Assembly (NCBI GenBank): GCA_043720495.1
Contig: JAYSSO010000010.1
Location: forward strand, 1 to 49,373
Reading direction: 5' to 3'
From: Candidatus Lloydbacteria bacterium
GTDB taxonomy: Bacteria; Patescibacteriota; Minisyncoccia; Phycocordibacterales; UBA6899
DNA: 49,373 nt
In this document: piece after piece, positions 16,412-25,736 of the stretch
Position numbering within the stretch: the stretch's first letter is position 1
Layout: each line of letters begins with the position of its first letter
The notes under the pieces: generated by a model
Database searches by the model: none
Told to the model about the DNA's origin: nothing
Seen by the model: the letters and a program-made list of their open reading frames with translations, nothing else
Position numbers and translations under genes: made by a program

Positions 16412-17261
16412 AATTGGTGTAATTGCAGTCGCGGGGAGTGGTACACGTTTTTTGCCTGCAACGAAGTCTCAGCCAAAAGAAATGTTACCGATAGTTGATA
16501 AGCCAATCATCCAATATGTAGTAGAGGAGATGGTAGAGGCTGGAATTGAAGACATCATTTTGGTAACCAAGTGGGACAAAAAAACTCTCGAGGATCATTT
16601 TGATCGCTCATTTGAGCTTGAGCACTCACTCAAGGAGGCGGGAAAACTGAAATTGCTTGCGGAGGTACAGCGTCTATCCTCAATGGCAAATTTTATTTAT
16701 GTGCGCCAGAAGGGTCCTTATGGCAACGGAACCCCTATTTTGTCTGCAAGCTCGCTACTCAACAATGAGCCTTTTGTATTTGCCTGGGGGGACGATCTCG
16801 TGCTTTCAAAAACTTCTTTCACCAAACAGCTCATCGATAACTACGAAACACATAGTGCACCCGTGATTGGGGTGCAACGAGTCCCAGTAGATCATGTCAA
16901 CCGTTATGGCATTGTGAAGCTGAGACCTGGTACAAATGAAATGGAGTTAGTTGTAGAAAAACCATCTGTGGCGGACGCACCGTCTCAGCTTGCACAGTTC
17001 GGCCGAATGATTCTTACGCCTGAAATAGTAAACATACTGAAGTCGACGAAACTCGGCAAAGGGGGAGAGCTCTGGGTGACTGATGCAATAAGCGAATACA
17101 TACGTCGCGGAGGCAGATTTATGGTTGAAGAGGTAACTGATGGCAAGTGGCTGACCACTGGTGATCCACTCAACTATCTAAAGGCGATGATTGACTATGC
17201 GCTCTTGCGTGATGACATCGGTGAGGAATTTCGCGCACACTTAAAAGGTCTTGCACTCTAA
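16395..17261 (+). CDS. galU: UTP--glucose-1-phosphate uridylyltransferase
   Basis: 'AVAGSGTRFLPATKSQPKEMLPIVDKPIIQYVVEE'. The ATG at 16395 overlaps the mgtC 3' end by 17 nt. Confidence 0.9.
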   Translation: MKTKIRIGVIAVAGSGTRFLPATKSQPKEMLPIVDKPIIQYVVEEMVEAGIEDIILVTKWDKKTLEDHFDRSFELEHSLKEAGKLKLLAEVQRLSSMANFIYVRQKGPYGNGTPILSASSLLNNEPFVFAWGDDLVLSKTSFTKQLIDNYETHSAPVIGVQRVPVDHVNRYGIVKLRPGTNEMELVVEKPSVADAPSQLAQFGRMILTPEIVNILKSTKLGKGGELWVTDAISEYIRRGGRFMVEEVTDGKWLTTGDPLNYLKAMIDYALLRDDIGEEFRAHLKGLAL

Positions 17262-17304
17262 TGCTTGCTCGGTAAAAGTGTTCCTCACTAATGACAATTC
17301 TAAA

Positions 17305-18321
17305 ATGAAAAAACGAAAGAATAAACGTGCAGTGGGATCTCTCCCCGTAGCGCTTGCTCTCCTTGGTAATGCGTTTATCACAGTCATTAAGGTTTTCGGA
17401 TTCATGGTGTCCGGCTCGGGGGCAATGTTTTCTGAAGCAGTACACAGCCTTGCAGACACACTTAATCAGGCGCTACTGTTGGTGGGAATTCGTCGCTCTA
17501 CTCGAAGTGCTGACGATGAGTTTTCTTATGGATATGGAAAGGAGCGTTTTTTCTGGGCGCTTATCTCTGCATGCGGAATATTCTTTCTTGGCGCCGGTGT
17601 AACGGTATATCACGGAATTGACCTCTTGCTTGCTCCTCAGCTTCCGCAGTTGTCACCGCTGGTGTTTATCATCCTTTTTGTTTCGTTTGTCGTGGAGTTC
17701 TTTACACTCTTGGCTGCCTGGCAAGAACTAAGGCGCACTAATCCGGGACGTTCCCTTACTGATGTACTCAAGTTTGGTGACCCCAGTACAATCGCCGTGC
17801 TCTATGAGGATGGCGTTGCGGTGATTGGTGTCCTTGTCGCCTTCGTGTCACTTTTACTTACTGGGCTTACTGGAGATCCTGTGTGGGATGCGGTCGGGTC
17901 TATCATAATTGGCTTACTTCTCGGAGCGGTTGCCATTATCCTGATTAGTAAAAATCGGAAATACCTCATCGGAGTAAATATCCCCGATGAAATAAAAACC
18001 CGGATCATTGAAATCCTCGAGGCTGATCCCACAATTGACCGTGTCATAGATTTTAAATCATCAGTTCTTGATGTGGGGGTTTATCATATTAAATGTGAAA
18101 TTGAATTTAACGGCTCAGCACTCATGAAAGAAATAGCGAAAAAGGGCGAATTACGCGATGAGTACGAAGAAATCCGAGAAGATTATGCGGAATTTGTCAA
18201 ACTCGTAGTAGGGTATGTAAACCGAGTTCCCCGAGTGATGGGGTCACACATTGATAAACTCGAGAAGCGCGTGCAGAAGGAAATTCCTCAAATTAAACAT
18301 ATTGATATTGAGATTAATTGA
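17305..18321 (+). CDS. Cation diffusion facilitator (CDF) family metal efflux transporter
   Basis: It has six hydrophobic segments, 'FSEAVHSLADTLNQ' in TM2, and a C-terminal cytoplasmic domain. The start was chosen at the internal ATG (MKKRKNKR...). Confidence 0.8.
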   Translation: MKKRKNKRAVGSLPVALALLGNAFITVIKVFGFMVSGSGAMFSEAVHSLADTLNQALLLVGIRRSTRSADDEFSYGYGKERFFWALISACGIFFLGAGVTVYHGIDLLLAPQLPQLSPLVFIILFVSFVVEFFTLLAAWQELRRTNPGRSLTDVLKFGDPSTIAVLYEDGVAVIGVLVAFVSLLLTGLTGDPVWDAVGSIIIGLLLGAVAIILISKNRKYLIGVNIPDEIKTRIIEILEADPTIDRVIDFKSSVLDVGVYHIKCEIEFNGSALMKEIAKKGELRDEYEEIREDYAEFVKLVVGYVNRVPRVMGSHIDKLEKRVQKEIPQIKHIDIEIN

Positions 18322-18336
18322 GTATAATACATATAT

Positions 18337-19806
18337 ATGTCCGTATTGCTTTCGACGGTGGTCAAAATATTGCTGGGGGTGATGGTATTCACTGGATCAT
18401 TTCTCTGGATGAAAGATGCGCCTGCATTTTTACTTGGTACAGATCCCACTCACAAGGTTCCTGAGAAAAGCGTAATTTTTTACGCAGACCGTACGCGAAT
18501 GAATGTTGAGGGTGTCCGAGAAACAGACCAACACATTTGGAATCGCATTTTTGCGCTTATCGACGGAGCAAGTCGTTACATTCTCGTTGACATGTTTTTG
18601 TACAATGATTTTCAGGGTGCAACCCCTGAACTCACGCGCCCCTTATCATCAGAGCTCACACAGCACCTACTCGACAAAAAAGCACAGCAAAGAGAAATGA
18701 CCGTCACCCTCATTACTGATCCTATAAACACTGTTTATGGTGGGGTGGTGTCCAGCCAATTTGAGCAACTGAAGGGGGCGGGTATTGTGACCATTGAGAC
18801 AAACTTAAACAAGCTACGAGATTCAAATCTTGCTTGGAGTTCACTGTGGCGACCATTTTTTTCCTGGTTTTCAAATTCCACAACGGGGGGGTGGCTCCCA
18901 CATCCATTTGCGGTAGACAAGGAGCAGGTGACGCTCAGATCATGGGCAGCACTACTTAACTTCAAAGCGAATCATCGTAAGATTGTTGTCGTAGACGAAA
19001 TGATTAAAAAAAGTAACCCCAGCGCGGGATATAAAATGGTGACCGTCGTTACATCAGCAAACCCTCATGACGGCTCGAGTGCGCATGGCAATGTTGCCCT
19101 CGAGGTGCGTGATGCACTTTGGAAAAGTGTTGTGACAAGTGAGGCGGTGGTAGCAAAATTAAGTGACTTGCCAATCGAGGGCTACGTCAAAGAGGGAGTA
19201 ATGGATGAACCCGGTGACGTTGACGTAACGCTACTTCGTGAGCGAGCAATAAAACTAAAGGTGCTTGACGTGCTCGCTACAATACAGCAAGGCGATAAGG
19301 TAGACATAGCGATGTTTTATTTTAGCGACAGAGACATCATGACAGCACTTCTGGAGGCATCATATCGGGGTGCAAGTATCCGAATAATCTTAGACCCCAA
19401 CAAGGATGCTTTTGGTTTTGAAAAAAATGGTATTCCAAACAGACCTGTTGCACGTGAGCTGGTGCGGAAGTCATCAGGAGATATCAAAATAAGATGGTGT
19501 GATACGCATGGGGAGCAGTGTCATGCAAAATTGTTTATGGGCCAGACTGCCTCCTCTACATTTATGCTACTTGGTTCTGCAAATTTTACTCGTCGCAATC
19601 TTGAAAATTTCAATCTCGAAACATCGGTACTGGCTGAACGGGCAACTCCATTTACAGCGTGGACGGATGCAGCAAAGTATTTTGAGAGTATGTGGATAAA
19701 TGAAGGTGGTGCGTACACTACCGATTACGAAATATATTCAGACAAGACATTTTGGAAGTCTTCCATCTACCGCATGATGGAGGCCACGGGCATTTCTACA
19801 TTCTAA
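18337..19806 (+). CDS. Phospholipase D superfamily protein (two HKD motifs), membrane-anchored
   Basis: HKD-1 is 'HRKIVVVD...NPHDGS' and HKD-2 is 'HAKLFMG...LLGSANFTRRN'. There is an N-terminal TM. TATAAT (18323-18328) lies 8 nt before the ATG. Confidence 0.85.
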   Translation: MSVLLSTVVKILLGVMVFTGSFLWMKDAPAFLLGTDPTHKVPEKSVIFYADRTRMNVEGVRETDQHIWNRIFALIDGASRYILVDMFLYNDFQGATPELTRPLSSELTQHLLDKKAQQREMTVTLITDPINTVYGGVVSSQFEQLKGAGIVTIETNLNKLRDSNLAWSSLWRPFFSWFSNSTTGGWLPHPFAVDKEQVTLRSWAALLNFKANHRKIVVVDEMIKKSNPSAGYKMVTVVTSANPHDGSSAHGNVALEVRDALWKSVVTSEAVVAKLSDLPIEGYVKEGVMDEPGDVDVTLLRERAIKLKVLDVLATIQQGDKVDIAMFYFSDRDIMTALLEASYRGASIRIILDPNKDAFGFEKNGIPNRPVARELVRKSSGDIKIRWCDTHGEQCHAKLFMGQTASSTFMLLGSANFTRRNLENFNLETSVLAERATPFTAWTDAAKYFESMWINEGGAYTTDYEIYSDKTFWKSSIYRMMEATGISTF

Positions 19807-19837
19807 CTTTGAACCTATCCTAATTACCCCACCACCA

Positions 19838-19864
19838 CGGAGCATACTACATTGAAGTATGCTC
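19838..19864 (+). terminator. 10-bp hairpin after the PLD gene (no T-tract)
   Basis: GGAGCATACT (19838-19847) pairs with AGTATGCTCC (19855-19864). It overlaps the putative pyrH promoter (TTGAAG 19851-19856, TATACT 19872-19877). Confidence 0.4.
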
Positions 19865-19887
19865 CAGTATGCTATACTGGTGACAAT

Positions 19888-20595
19888 ATGAAGAGCATTT
19901 TAATTAAATTGTCCGGTGAGAGCCTCAGTGGGGGACAGAGTGAGGGTAGCCGTAAGTTTGACGAGCCAACCCTAGGTAAAATTGTTGAAGAGATTAAGGC
20001 GCTTCTTTCGCTGGGTCACCGTATTGCCCTTGTTATTGGAGGAGGCAATCTTTTTCGTGGTCACGAGCTCACAGGGCATCTTGCTATCGAGCGACCAACA
20101 GCAGACTATATCGGAATGCTCGGTACGGTACAAAACGCGCTTGTGTTACGAGATTATTTTGAATCGAAAGGAGTGGAAACTCGAGTTTCCTCTGCAATTT
20201 CCATGCCACAAATTTGTGAGGGATACATGCCGAAGAGTGCAAAACGGCACATGGAAAAGGGTCGTGTCGTGATCTTTGCTGCGGGCCTCGGAATGCCGTA
20301 CTTCACCACTGACACTACCGCTGTACAGCGGGCACTCGAAATGGGCTCGGACCTCCTGGTAATGGCAAAGAATGGCGTCGACGGGCTTTATACCGCAGAT
20401 CCTGATGTAGACGGGGGGGCAGAATTTATCAAGGTGACCACTGCGAGTACAATTCTAGAAAAAAATTTGAAAGTAGCAGACCAATCGGCAATCGCACTGG
20501 CAAAGGAGCACGGCCTTACCATAAAAATTGTCGGTATTGACGCTATTGCGCGGGCACTTGATGAATCTGTGGGGTCAGTGATAGAACCGAAGTAG
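19888..20595 (+). CDS. pyrH: UMP kinase
   Basis: 'ILIKLSGESL', 'VIGGGNLFRG' and 'MLGTVQNAL' motifs. I chose the ATG at 19888 because of the homologous N-terminus. Confidence 0.92.
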   Translation: MKSILIKLSGESLSGGQSEGSRKFDEPTLGKIVEEIKALLSLGHRIALVIGGGNLFRGHELTGHLAIERPTADYIGMLGTVQNALVLRDYFESKGVETRVSSAISMPQICEGYMPKSAKRHMEKGRVVIFAAGLGMPYFTTDTTAVQRALEMGSDLLVMAKNGVDGLYTADPDVDGGAEFIKVTTASTILEKNLKVADQSAIALAKEHGLTIKIVGIDAIARALDESVGSVIEPK

Positions 20596-20623
20596 GACAG
20601 TGCCTAATAGCGGAAATGGAAAC

Positions 20624-21058
20624 ATGTCACAAGAAAAAGACCACAACCTAAACCGAGATCAATCCTGGCGCACAACAATCGGTGAACGGGAGGGAGTTTT
20701 CGATAGACGTGTCGAGCTGGTGTCCTATCAGCATACATTGGAGACCTTGCTGCACAACACAGACGAAGAACTTCAATCTGCCTTTCCAACTATTGCACAA
20801 ACTGAGTTGCGTCCCCAAATAGTGCGTGCACTTGAAGTCGTTACTCTGCTTACTAGCGACATTGAACTCGAAGCAACTATTATACAAACACTAGAGGAAG
20901 AGCTCGGGCTACTTGATCTGAATATGACGAGACTCATGAGAGCAAATTACTTGCAGGCAGACAACGTGAAAATAAATACAATTTTTGGAGACTCACGAAC
21001 TGCGAGTCGAGACCACACCACAGTCATCCCCGAAAATTGGCAACAGAAGCCACAATAA
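20624..21058 (+). CDS. Hypothetical soluble protein
   Basis: 144-152 aa ORF with no motif recognised. The start is uncertain (GTG 20600 or ATG 20624). It sits where frr usually follows pyrH but is not Frr-like. Confidence 0.5.
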   Translation: MSQEKDHNLNRDQSWRTTIGEREGVFDRRVELVSYQHTLETLLHNTDEELQSAFPTIAQTELRPQIVRALEVVTLLTSDIELEATIIQTLEEELGLLDLNMTRLMRANYLQADNVKINTIFGDSRTASRDHTTVIPENWQQKPQ

Positions 21059-21060
21059 AC

Positions 21061-21612
21061 ATGGAAAAGGATTTCACTGATGTAGTAGAAATACTCCAAA
21101 GTGGAGGCGTGGGTGTTCTGCCGACGGATACACTCTACGGTATAGTTGGCTACGCGCTTGATCCTGACGTGGTATCTCGAATCTATGATTTGAAGGAGCG
21201 GAATCCTGATAAACCACTCATTGTGCTCATCTCGGATATCCCACAACTTGAGGAATTTGGTGTTGTGCTCTCGCAAGAACTTGAGGAACAACTGCGTACG
21301 TATTGGCCAGGGAAGGTCACCATTATCCTCGAAACTGTAGACGAGCAATTTTCCTATCTGGACAGGGGTTTAGGCAAAATTGCCTTCAGGCTCCCTGATG
21401 ATGAGGCCTTACGCGAACTCATCCGTATAACTGGGCCGCTAGTAGCTCCATCAGCAAATGTAGAGGGCGAACCACCGTCAAAAAACATTGAACAAGCAAG
21501 GACCTATTTTGGTACTTCCGTTGATTTCTATGTGGATGGAGGCATCCTCGAAGGTCCCGCTTCGACTATTATTGAGTTTGTTGGTGATGATGTCCACGTT
21601 ATACGTAAATGA
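21061..21612 (+). CDS. tsaC: L-threonylcarbamoyladenylate synthase (TsaC/YrdC/Sua5 family, short form)
   Basis: 'GGVGVLPTDTLYGIVGYALD...KERNPDKPLIVLISD...SANVEG' is the YrdC fold. Confidence 0.85.
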   Translation: MEKDFTDVVEILQSGGVGVLPTDTLYGIVGYALDPDVVSRIYDLKERNPDKPLIVLISDIPQLEEFGVVLSQELEEQLRTYWPGKVTIILETVDEQFSYLDRGLGKIAFRLPDDEALRELIRITGPLVAPSANVEGEPPSKNIEQARTYFGTSVDFYVDGGILEGPASTIIEFVGDDVHVIRK

Positions 21613-21630
21613 TATTCCACCAATGCTATT

Positions 21631-21658
21631 TTGATAAATTGTCATAAGTCGTTATAAT
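21631..21658 (+). promoter_or_regulatory. Promoter of alaS (leaderless geometry)
   Basis: TTGATA (21631-21636), 16-nt spacer, TATAAT (21653-21658), then 8 nt to the ATG at 21667. Confidence 0.6.
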
Positions 21659-21666
21659 CATGAGTC

Positions 21667-23556
21667 ATGACAGAACCACTTACTTCATCCGAAATCCGCT
21701 CGCGATTTCTTACTTTTTTTAAGAATCGTGGGCACGCCATTATCCCGTCGGCTTCTTTGGTTCCACTCAATGACCCTACTGTGCTTTTTAATACCGCTGG
21801 AATGCAACCACTCGTGCCGTATCTTTTGGGAGCACCTCATCCGTCTGGAGTACGACTTGCAGACTCACAAAAGTGCGTCCGCACACAGGATATTGAAGAA
21901 GTGGGGGATAATACGCACGACACTTTTTTTGAGATGCTGGGCAATTGGTCGCTCGGCGACTATTTCAAAAAAGATGCAATCAACTGGAGTTACGAATTTC
22001 TCACTTCAAAAGATGAAGGGCTAGGTCTCGATCCGACGCGTTTGTATATCACGACCTTCGGGGGCAATCAAGACGGGCCAAAGGATGACGAGGCGTATGC
22101 GATATGGAAAAAGATATTTGATGATGCGAAAATTCCAGGTGAACGTATCTATTTCATGACTGCCGATGCGAAGGGCAAAGAACCAAACTGGTGGAGTGCG
22201 GGAGACTCGGGACCATGCGGACCGGACACGGAAATGTTTTACGATGTCACAGGAAGGCTGAATAAGGGGATGACAAAGGAGGAGTACATGCAGGCCGACG
22301 ACAGACAGGAGGTGGTGGAAATCTGGAATGATGTATTCATGGAATATCTCAAGAAAGACGGAGTGGTGGTTGGAAAGCTCGAAAAACAAAACGTCGACAC
22401 CGGAAGTGGGCTCGAACGCCTTACTATGGTTGTGCAAGGAAAAGACAATATTTTTGCCACAGATATGTTCTTGGGAATGATGAAAATTATTTCTGATAAT
22501 GCATCCACATACAATGAACGCTCAGCACGTATTGTTGCGGACCATATTCGCACTTCAGTATTTCTTATTGCCGACGGCGTAACGCCGGGAAACACTGATC
22601 AGGGGTACATTCTCCGCCGACTTTTGCGTCGCGCTGTCCGCCATGCTGACGTGCTTGGACTCTCGAATGGTTTTGATTCGCTAATTGAGAAAGTAGCGAA
22701 AACATATGCTGGTGTATATGATAATGTTTCCACAAGTCTTTTTCAGATAAAAAAGGAAATCAAGGAGGAGGAGGAGAGATTTCGGAAAACACTTACTGCT
22801 GGAATGAAGATCTTCGAAGGATACTATAAAATGTACTTTGGGGATGTCCTCAGCAACAAAGAACGTTCTGAGTATTTTAAAACATCGCCAAAAATATTAG
22901 ATGGTGAGGACGCTTTTTTACTCGTCACATCACATGGGTTTCCGCGTGAATTAATAGAAGAAATTGCAGTCGAAAGAGGCATAGTTGTGGGGTGGCCAGA
23001 ATTTGAGGAAAAAATGAAACTACACAAAGACATTTCTCGTTCGGGGAGCGAACAGAAATTCAAAGGTGGGCTTGCAGATCACTCCGAATCAACGGTTCGA
23101 CTACATACTGCTCACCATTTACTTCTCCGCGCACTCCAAATTGTGCTTGGCCCTGAGGTGCACCAGCGAGGTTCAAATATCACCGCCGAACGTTTGCGCA
23201 TTGACTTTGCATATCCACAAAAAATGACGGAGAGCCAGAAGAAAGAAGTGGAACGTATCGTGAATGAGAAAATCTCTGAAGACTTACCTGTGCTACGTAC
23301 CGAAATGTCACTCGCTGATGCCGAAAAACTTGGCGCGGAACATGAGTTCGGTGCAAAGTACCCTGATCGAGTTTCGGTGTATTCTGTGGGACCCAAAGAC
23401 GCTACACCCGATAGTCCTAAATTTGATAAACGCTTTTCTGTGGAATTCTGCGGGGGTCCGCACGTCACTCATACAGGAGAGTTGAGCCATTTTAAGATTC
23501 TCAAAGAGGAGGCAGTGGCACAGGGACTAAGACGCATAAAAGCAATACTCGAATAA
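21667..23556 (+). CDS. alaS: Alanyl-tRNA synthetase, short form lacking the C-Ala/DHHA1 C-terminal domain
   Basis: 629 aa. The catalytic core has 'FLTFFKNRGHAIIPSASLVP.NDPTVLFNTAGMQP' and 'GPCGPDTEMFYD'. Editing-domain motifs 'HTAHHLL' and 'CGGPHV' are present. The ORF ends right after 'GLRRIKAILE'. Confidence 0.93.
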   Translation: MTEPLTSSEIRSRFLTFFKNRGHAIIPSASLVPLNDPTVLFNTAGMQPLVPYLLGAPHPSGVRLADSQKCVRTQDIEEVGDNTHDTFFEMLGNWSLGDYFKKDAINWSYEFLTSKDEGLGLDPTRLYITTFGGNQDGPKDDEAYAIWKKIFDDAKIPGERIYFMTADAKGKEPNWWSAGDSGPCGPDTEMFYDVTGRLNKGMTKEEYMQADDRQEVVEIWNDVFMEYLKKDGVVVGKLEKQNVDTGSGLERLTMVVQGKDNIFATDMFLGMMKIISDNASTYNERSARIVADHIRTSVFLIADGVTPGNTDQGYILRRLLRRAVRHADVLGLSNGFDSLIEKVAKTYAGVYDNVSTSLFQIKKEIKEEEERFRKTLTAGMKIFEGYYKMYFGDVLSNKERSEYFKTSPKILDGEDAFLLVTSHGFPRELIEEIAVERGIVVGWPEFEEKMKLHKDISRSGSEQKFKGGLADHSESTVRLHTAHHLLLRALQIVLGPEVHQRGSNITAERLRIDFAYPQKMTESQKKEVERIVNEKISEDLPVLRTEMSLADAEKLGAEHEFGAKYPDRVSVYSVGPKDATPDSPKFDKRFSVEFCGGPHVTHTGELSHFKILKEEAVAQGLRRIKAILE

Positions 23557-23576
23557 TTTTCGTGTATTTTTTCATC

Positions 23577-24368
23577 ATGGAACAACAAGCAGATCACGCG
23601 AGAAAAGAAGAAGGGAATGTTTTCACTGCGGAAGAAGTGCGTGAGCACATTCAATTTCCCGTCTTGGTCGATATCTTCAATAAAAAATTAGGGCGCGCAA
23701 TGCGCCCCACTCGAAATTTTTCCAGTGCGATAATTTTATTCGATCCTGATGCGAGTACCTCAAAGTTTGATGGTGCTATTACTATTGGATTAAAAGAGCT
23801 TATACCTGAAGGTACACCCGGGAGACGAATGGAAATTCTTCTCATGATCATTCATGAGATGGCGCACTTTTTCTCGAAAGGTGAAAGTGATGGAATGATC
23901 ACGAGTCATGGGGTAAGTCGTGTTGAAGACTCAACTAGTGAAGCTATTTCCGGAGATGCAATGAATGAGGCCATTACAGAACTCACTGCGATTGAGATCA
24001 CTCGGGAATACATTAGGGAAACGGGCGATCGTTCCTATTTTTTCGAAGGCGAAGATGAATATCACCTAATTGCCAAGCTTGCTTCATTTGCGTACCCCAC
24101 TCCGGTCGAGGCACTTGGGGCGGCTATAAACAAGATTAGCGAGTCGGAGAATGTTGATGAATCCGCGACTTGGGAGGCCTTTCAGCATGCATACTACAAC
24201 AATGACAATATCGCTATGGGCAACCTGTATATAGCACTTAAGAAAACGCTCGGCAAAGATGCGGCGCAACAGCTTGTGCGAACTAATGTGGAGCATATGG
24301 AAGACCCCGATGTAAGGAAGGGAATTCTCGAGCGTCTACGTACTCTAAGTGAAGGGGGAGCTACTTAG
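23577..24368 (+). CDS. Hypothetical protein with an HEXXH zinc-metallopeptidase-like motif
   Basis: 'LLMIIHEMAHFF' is the only motif seen. No signal peptide. Confidence 0.5.
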   Translation: MEQQADHARKEEGNVFTAEEVREHIQFPVLVDIFNKKLGRAMRPTRNFSSAIILFDPDASTSKFDGAITIGLKELIPEGTPGRRMEILLMIIHEMAHFFSKGESDGMITSHGVSRVEDSTSEAISGDAMNEAITELTAIEITREYIRETGDRSYFFEGEDEYHLIAKLASFAYPTPVEALGAAINKISESENVDESATWEAFQHAYYNNDNIAMGNLYIALKKTLGKDAAQQLVRTNVEHMEDPDVRKGILERLRTLSEGGAT

Positions 24369-24518
24369 GACTCGAGTCCACCCAATAACTTCATAGTTAT
24401 TGCTGATGAGGGTCCTTTGTGCCACGTCCATTTTTAGGGCAAACTATTACTGGATGAGGACTTAGGCAAGGTTAGCTGACTATTTCCACACACAGTTGGC
24501 ACAGATTTCATAAGTGCA

Positions 24519-24527
24519 TGGTATAAT
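24519..24527 (+). promoter_or_regulatory. Extended -10 promoter (TGgTATAAT) 6 nt upstream of the ATG at 24534
   Basis: TG at 24519-24520, TATAAT at 24522-24527. Confidence 0.55.
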
Positions 24528-24533
24528 TTCTTC

Positions 24534-25730
24534 ATGCCGTTGTTCCGGAAAAAACCTAAAGCTGGTCAGCATTTTATAATTGTATTTGATATCGGAAGTG
24601 CTTCAATTGGAGGAGCCTTTGTGAGTGTTGATCCTACCCGCATACCGGAGATTATTTTTACAACACGTCGTGATATACCATTTCAAGAAAAACTCAACTT
24701 TCAGCGTTTTTTAGATTCAATGATTAAGACACTGGAAGAAATGTTTGTGACTATGCAAAAGGCAGGAGGGGGTGTGACCGTTGATCAAGCTTTTTGTATA
24801 TTGGCGTCACCTTGGTATGCCTCTCAGACTCGCTTGGTGAAATACAATCAGCCAACGCCATTTATTGTGAGCATTGTCGGTCTCCAAAAATTAATTCAGA
24901 AAGAGATTGATGTCTTTCGCAATTCGAATCTTTTTGCTCATTCGAAAGTAGGGAATGTTGTGCCCGAAATAATGGAATCAAATAATATACAAATGAAGCT
25001 CAACGGGTATGAGGTGAGAAACCCGTTTGGAAAAAGGGCATCCGAACTTGAAATCGCCCTCTACATTAGTATGATTCCCGCAAACATTCATCAATCAATC
25101 AATGATTCGATCATGAAATTTTGGCACCTCCAAAATGTTCGCTTTTCTTCTTTTTCATTTACTGCTTTTGATACTATTCGTGATATGTTCGCTGATGAGT
25201 CCTCCTTCCTGTTCATGGACATATCAGGAGAGGTGACGGATATTTCGCTTTCGAAAGAACGTGTGCTGCTCGAGTCGATTTCCTTTCCTGCCGGCAAGAA
25301 CATGCTCATTCGTGCAATTGCAAAGGCAATGGGCTCAACACCGGAAGTGGCTACTTCAGAAATGAATCTTTACCTTGAAGGTAAGGCATCTCGAGAGCAT
25401 GCAAAACAAATTGAGGAGATTATGCAGACTGAGACAAAGGAGTGGAAAATGTTTTTTGAGGATGCCCTTTCGCAATTTGCCGTTGAATTTCCCATCCCTC
25501 GCTCGATTTTTTTCACTGCAGATGATACTGTATCTAAATGGTTTGAAGACGCTATTCGTCAAGCTGACTTTACGCGTTTTTCTCAGGAGGATGGACAGTT
25601 TGCAGTACGGTCACTAGGAAATCAGTTTCTCGGAAAGTTTGTTCAAGTACTCGAACCGGATTTACAGGATCCTTTCTTGTCTATTGAAACAATCTTTGCA
25701 AACAAGCTCAATTCGTTAAAAAAAAACTAA
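24534..25730 (+). CDS. Divergent actin-fold ATPase (FtsA/PilM-like)
   Basis: Phosphate-1 'IIVFDIGSASIGGAFV' and phosphate-2 'FMDISGEVTDISL'. It also has 'ISFPAGKNMLIRAIAKAMG', which resembles the FtsA/PilM 'iPiGG..it.dIA' segment. Confidence 0.6.
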   Translation: MPLFRKKPKAGQHFIIVFDIGSASIGGAFVSVDPTRIPEIIFTTRRDIPFQEKLNFQRFLDSMIKTLEEMFVTMQKAGGGVTVDQAFCILASPWYASQTRLVKYNQPTPFIVSIVGLQKLIQKEIDVFRNSNLFAHSKVGNVVPEIMESNNIQMKLNGYEVRNPFGKRASELEIALYISMIPANIHQSINDSIMKFWHLQNVRFSSFSFTAFDTIRDMFADESSFLFMDISGEVTDISLSKERVLLESISFPAGKNMLIRAIAKAMGSTPEVATSEMNLYLEGKASREHAKQIEEIMQTETKEWKMFFEDALSQFAVEFPIPRSIFFTADDTVSKWFEDAIRQADFTRFSQEDGQFAVRSLGNQFLGKFVQVLEPDLQDPFLSIETIFANKLNSLKKN

Positions 25731-25736
25731 CGTAGC

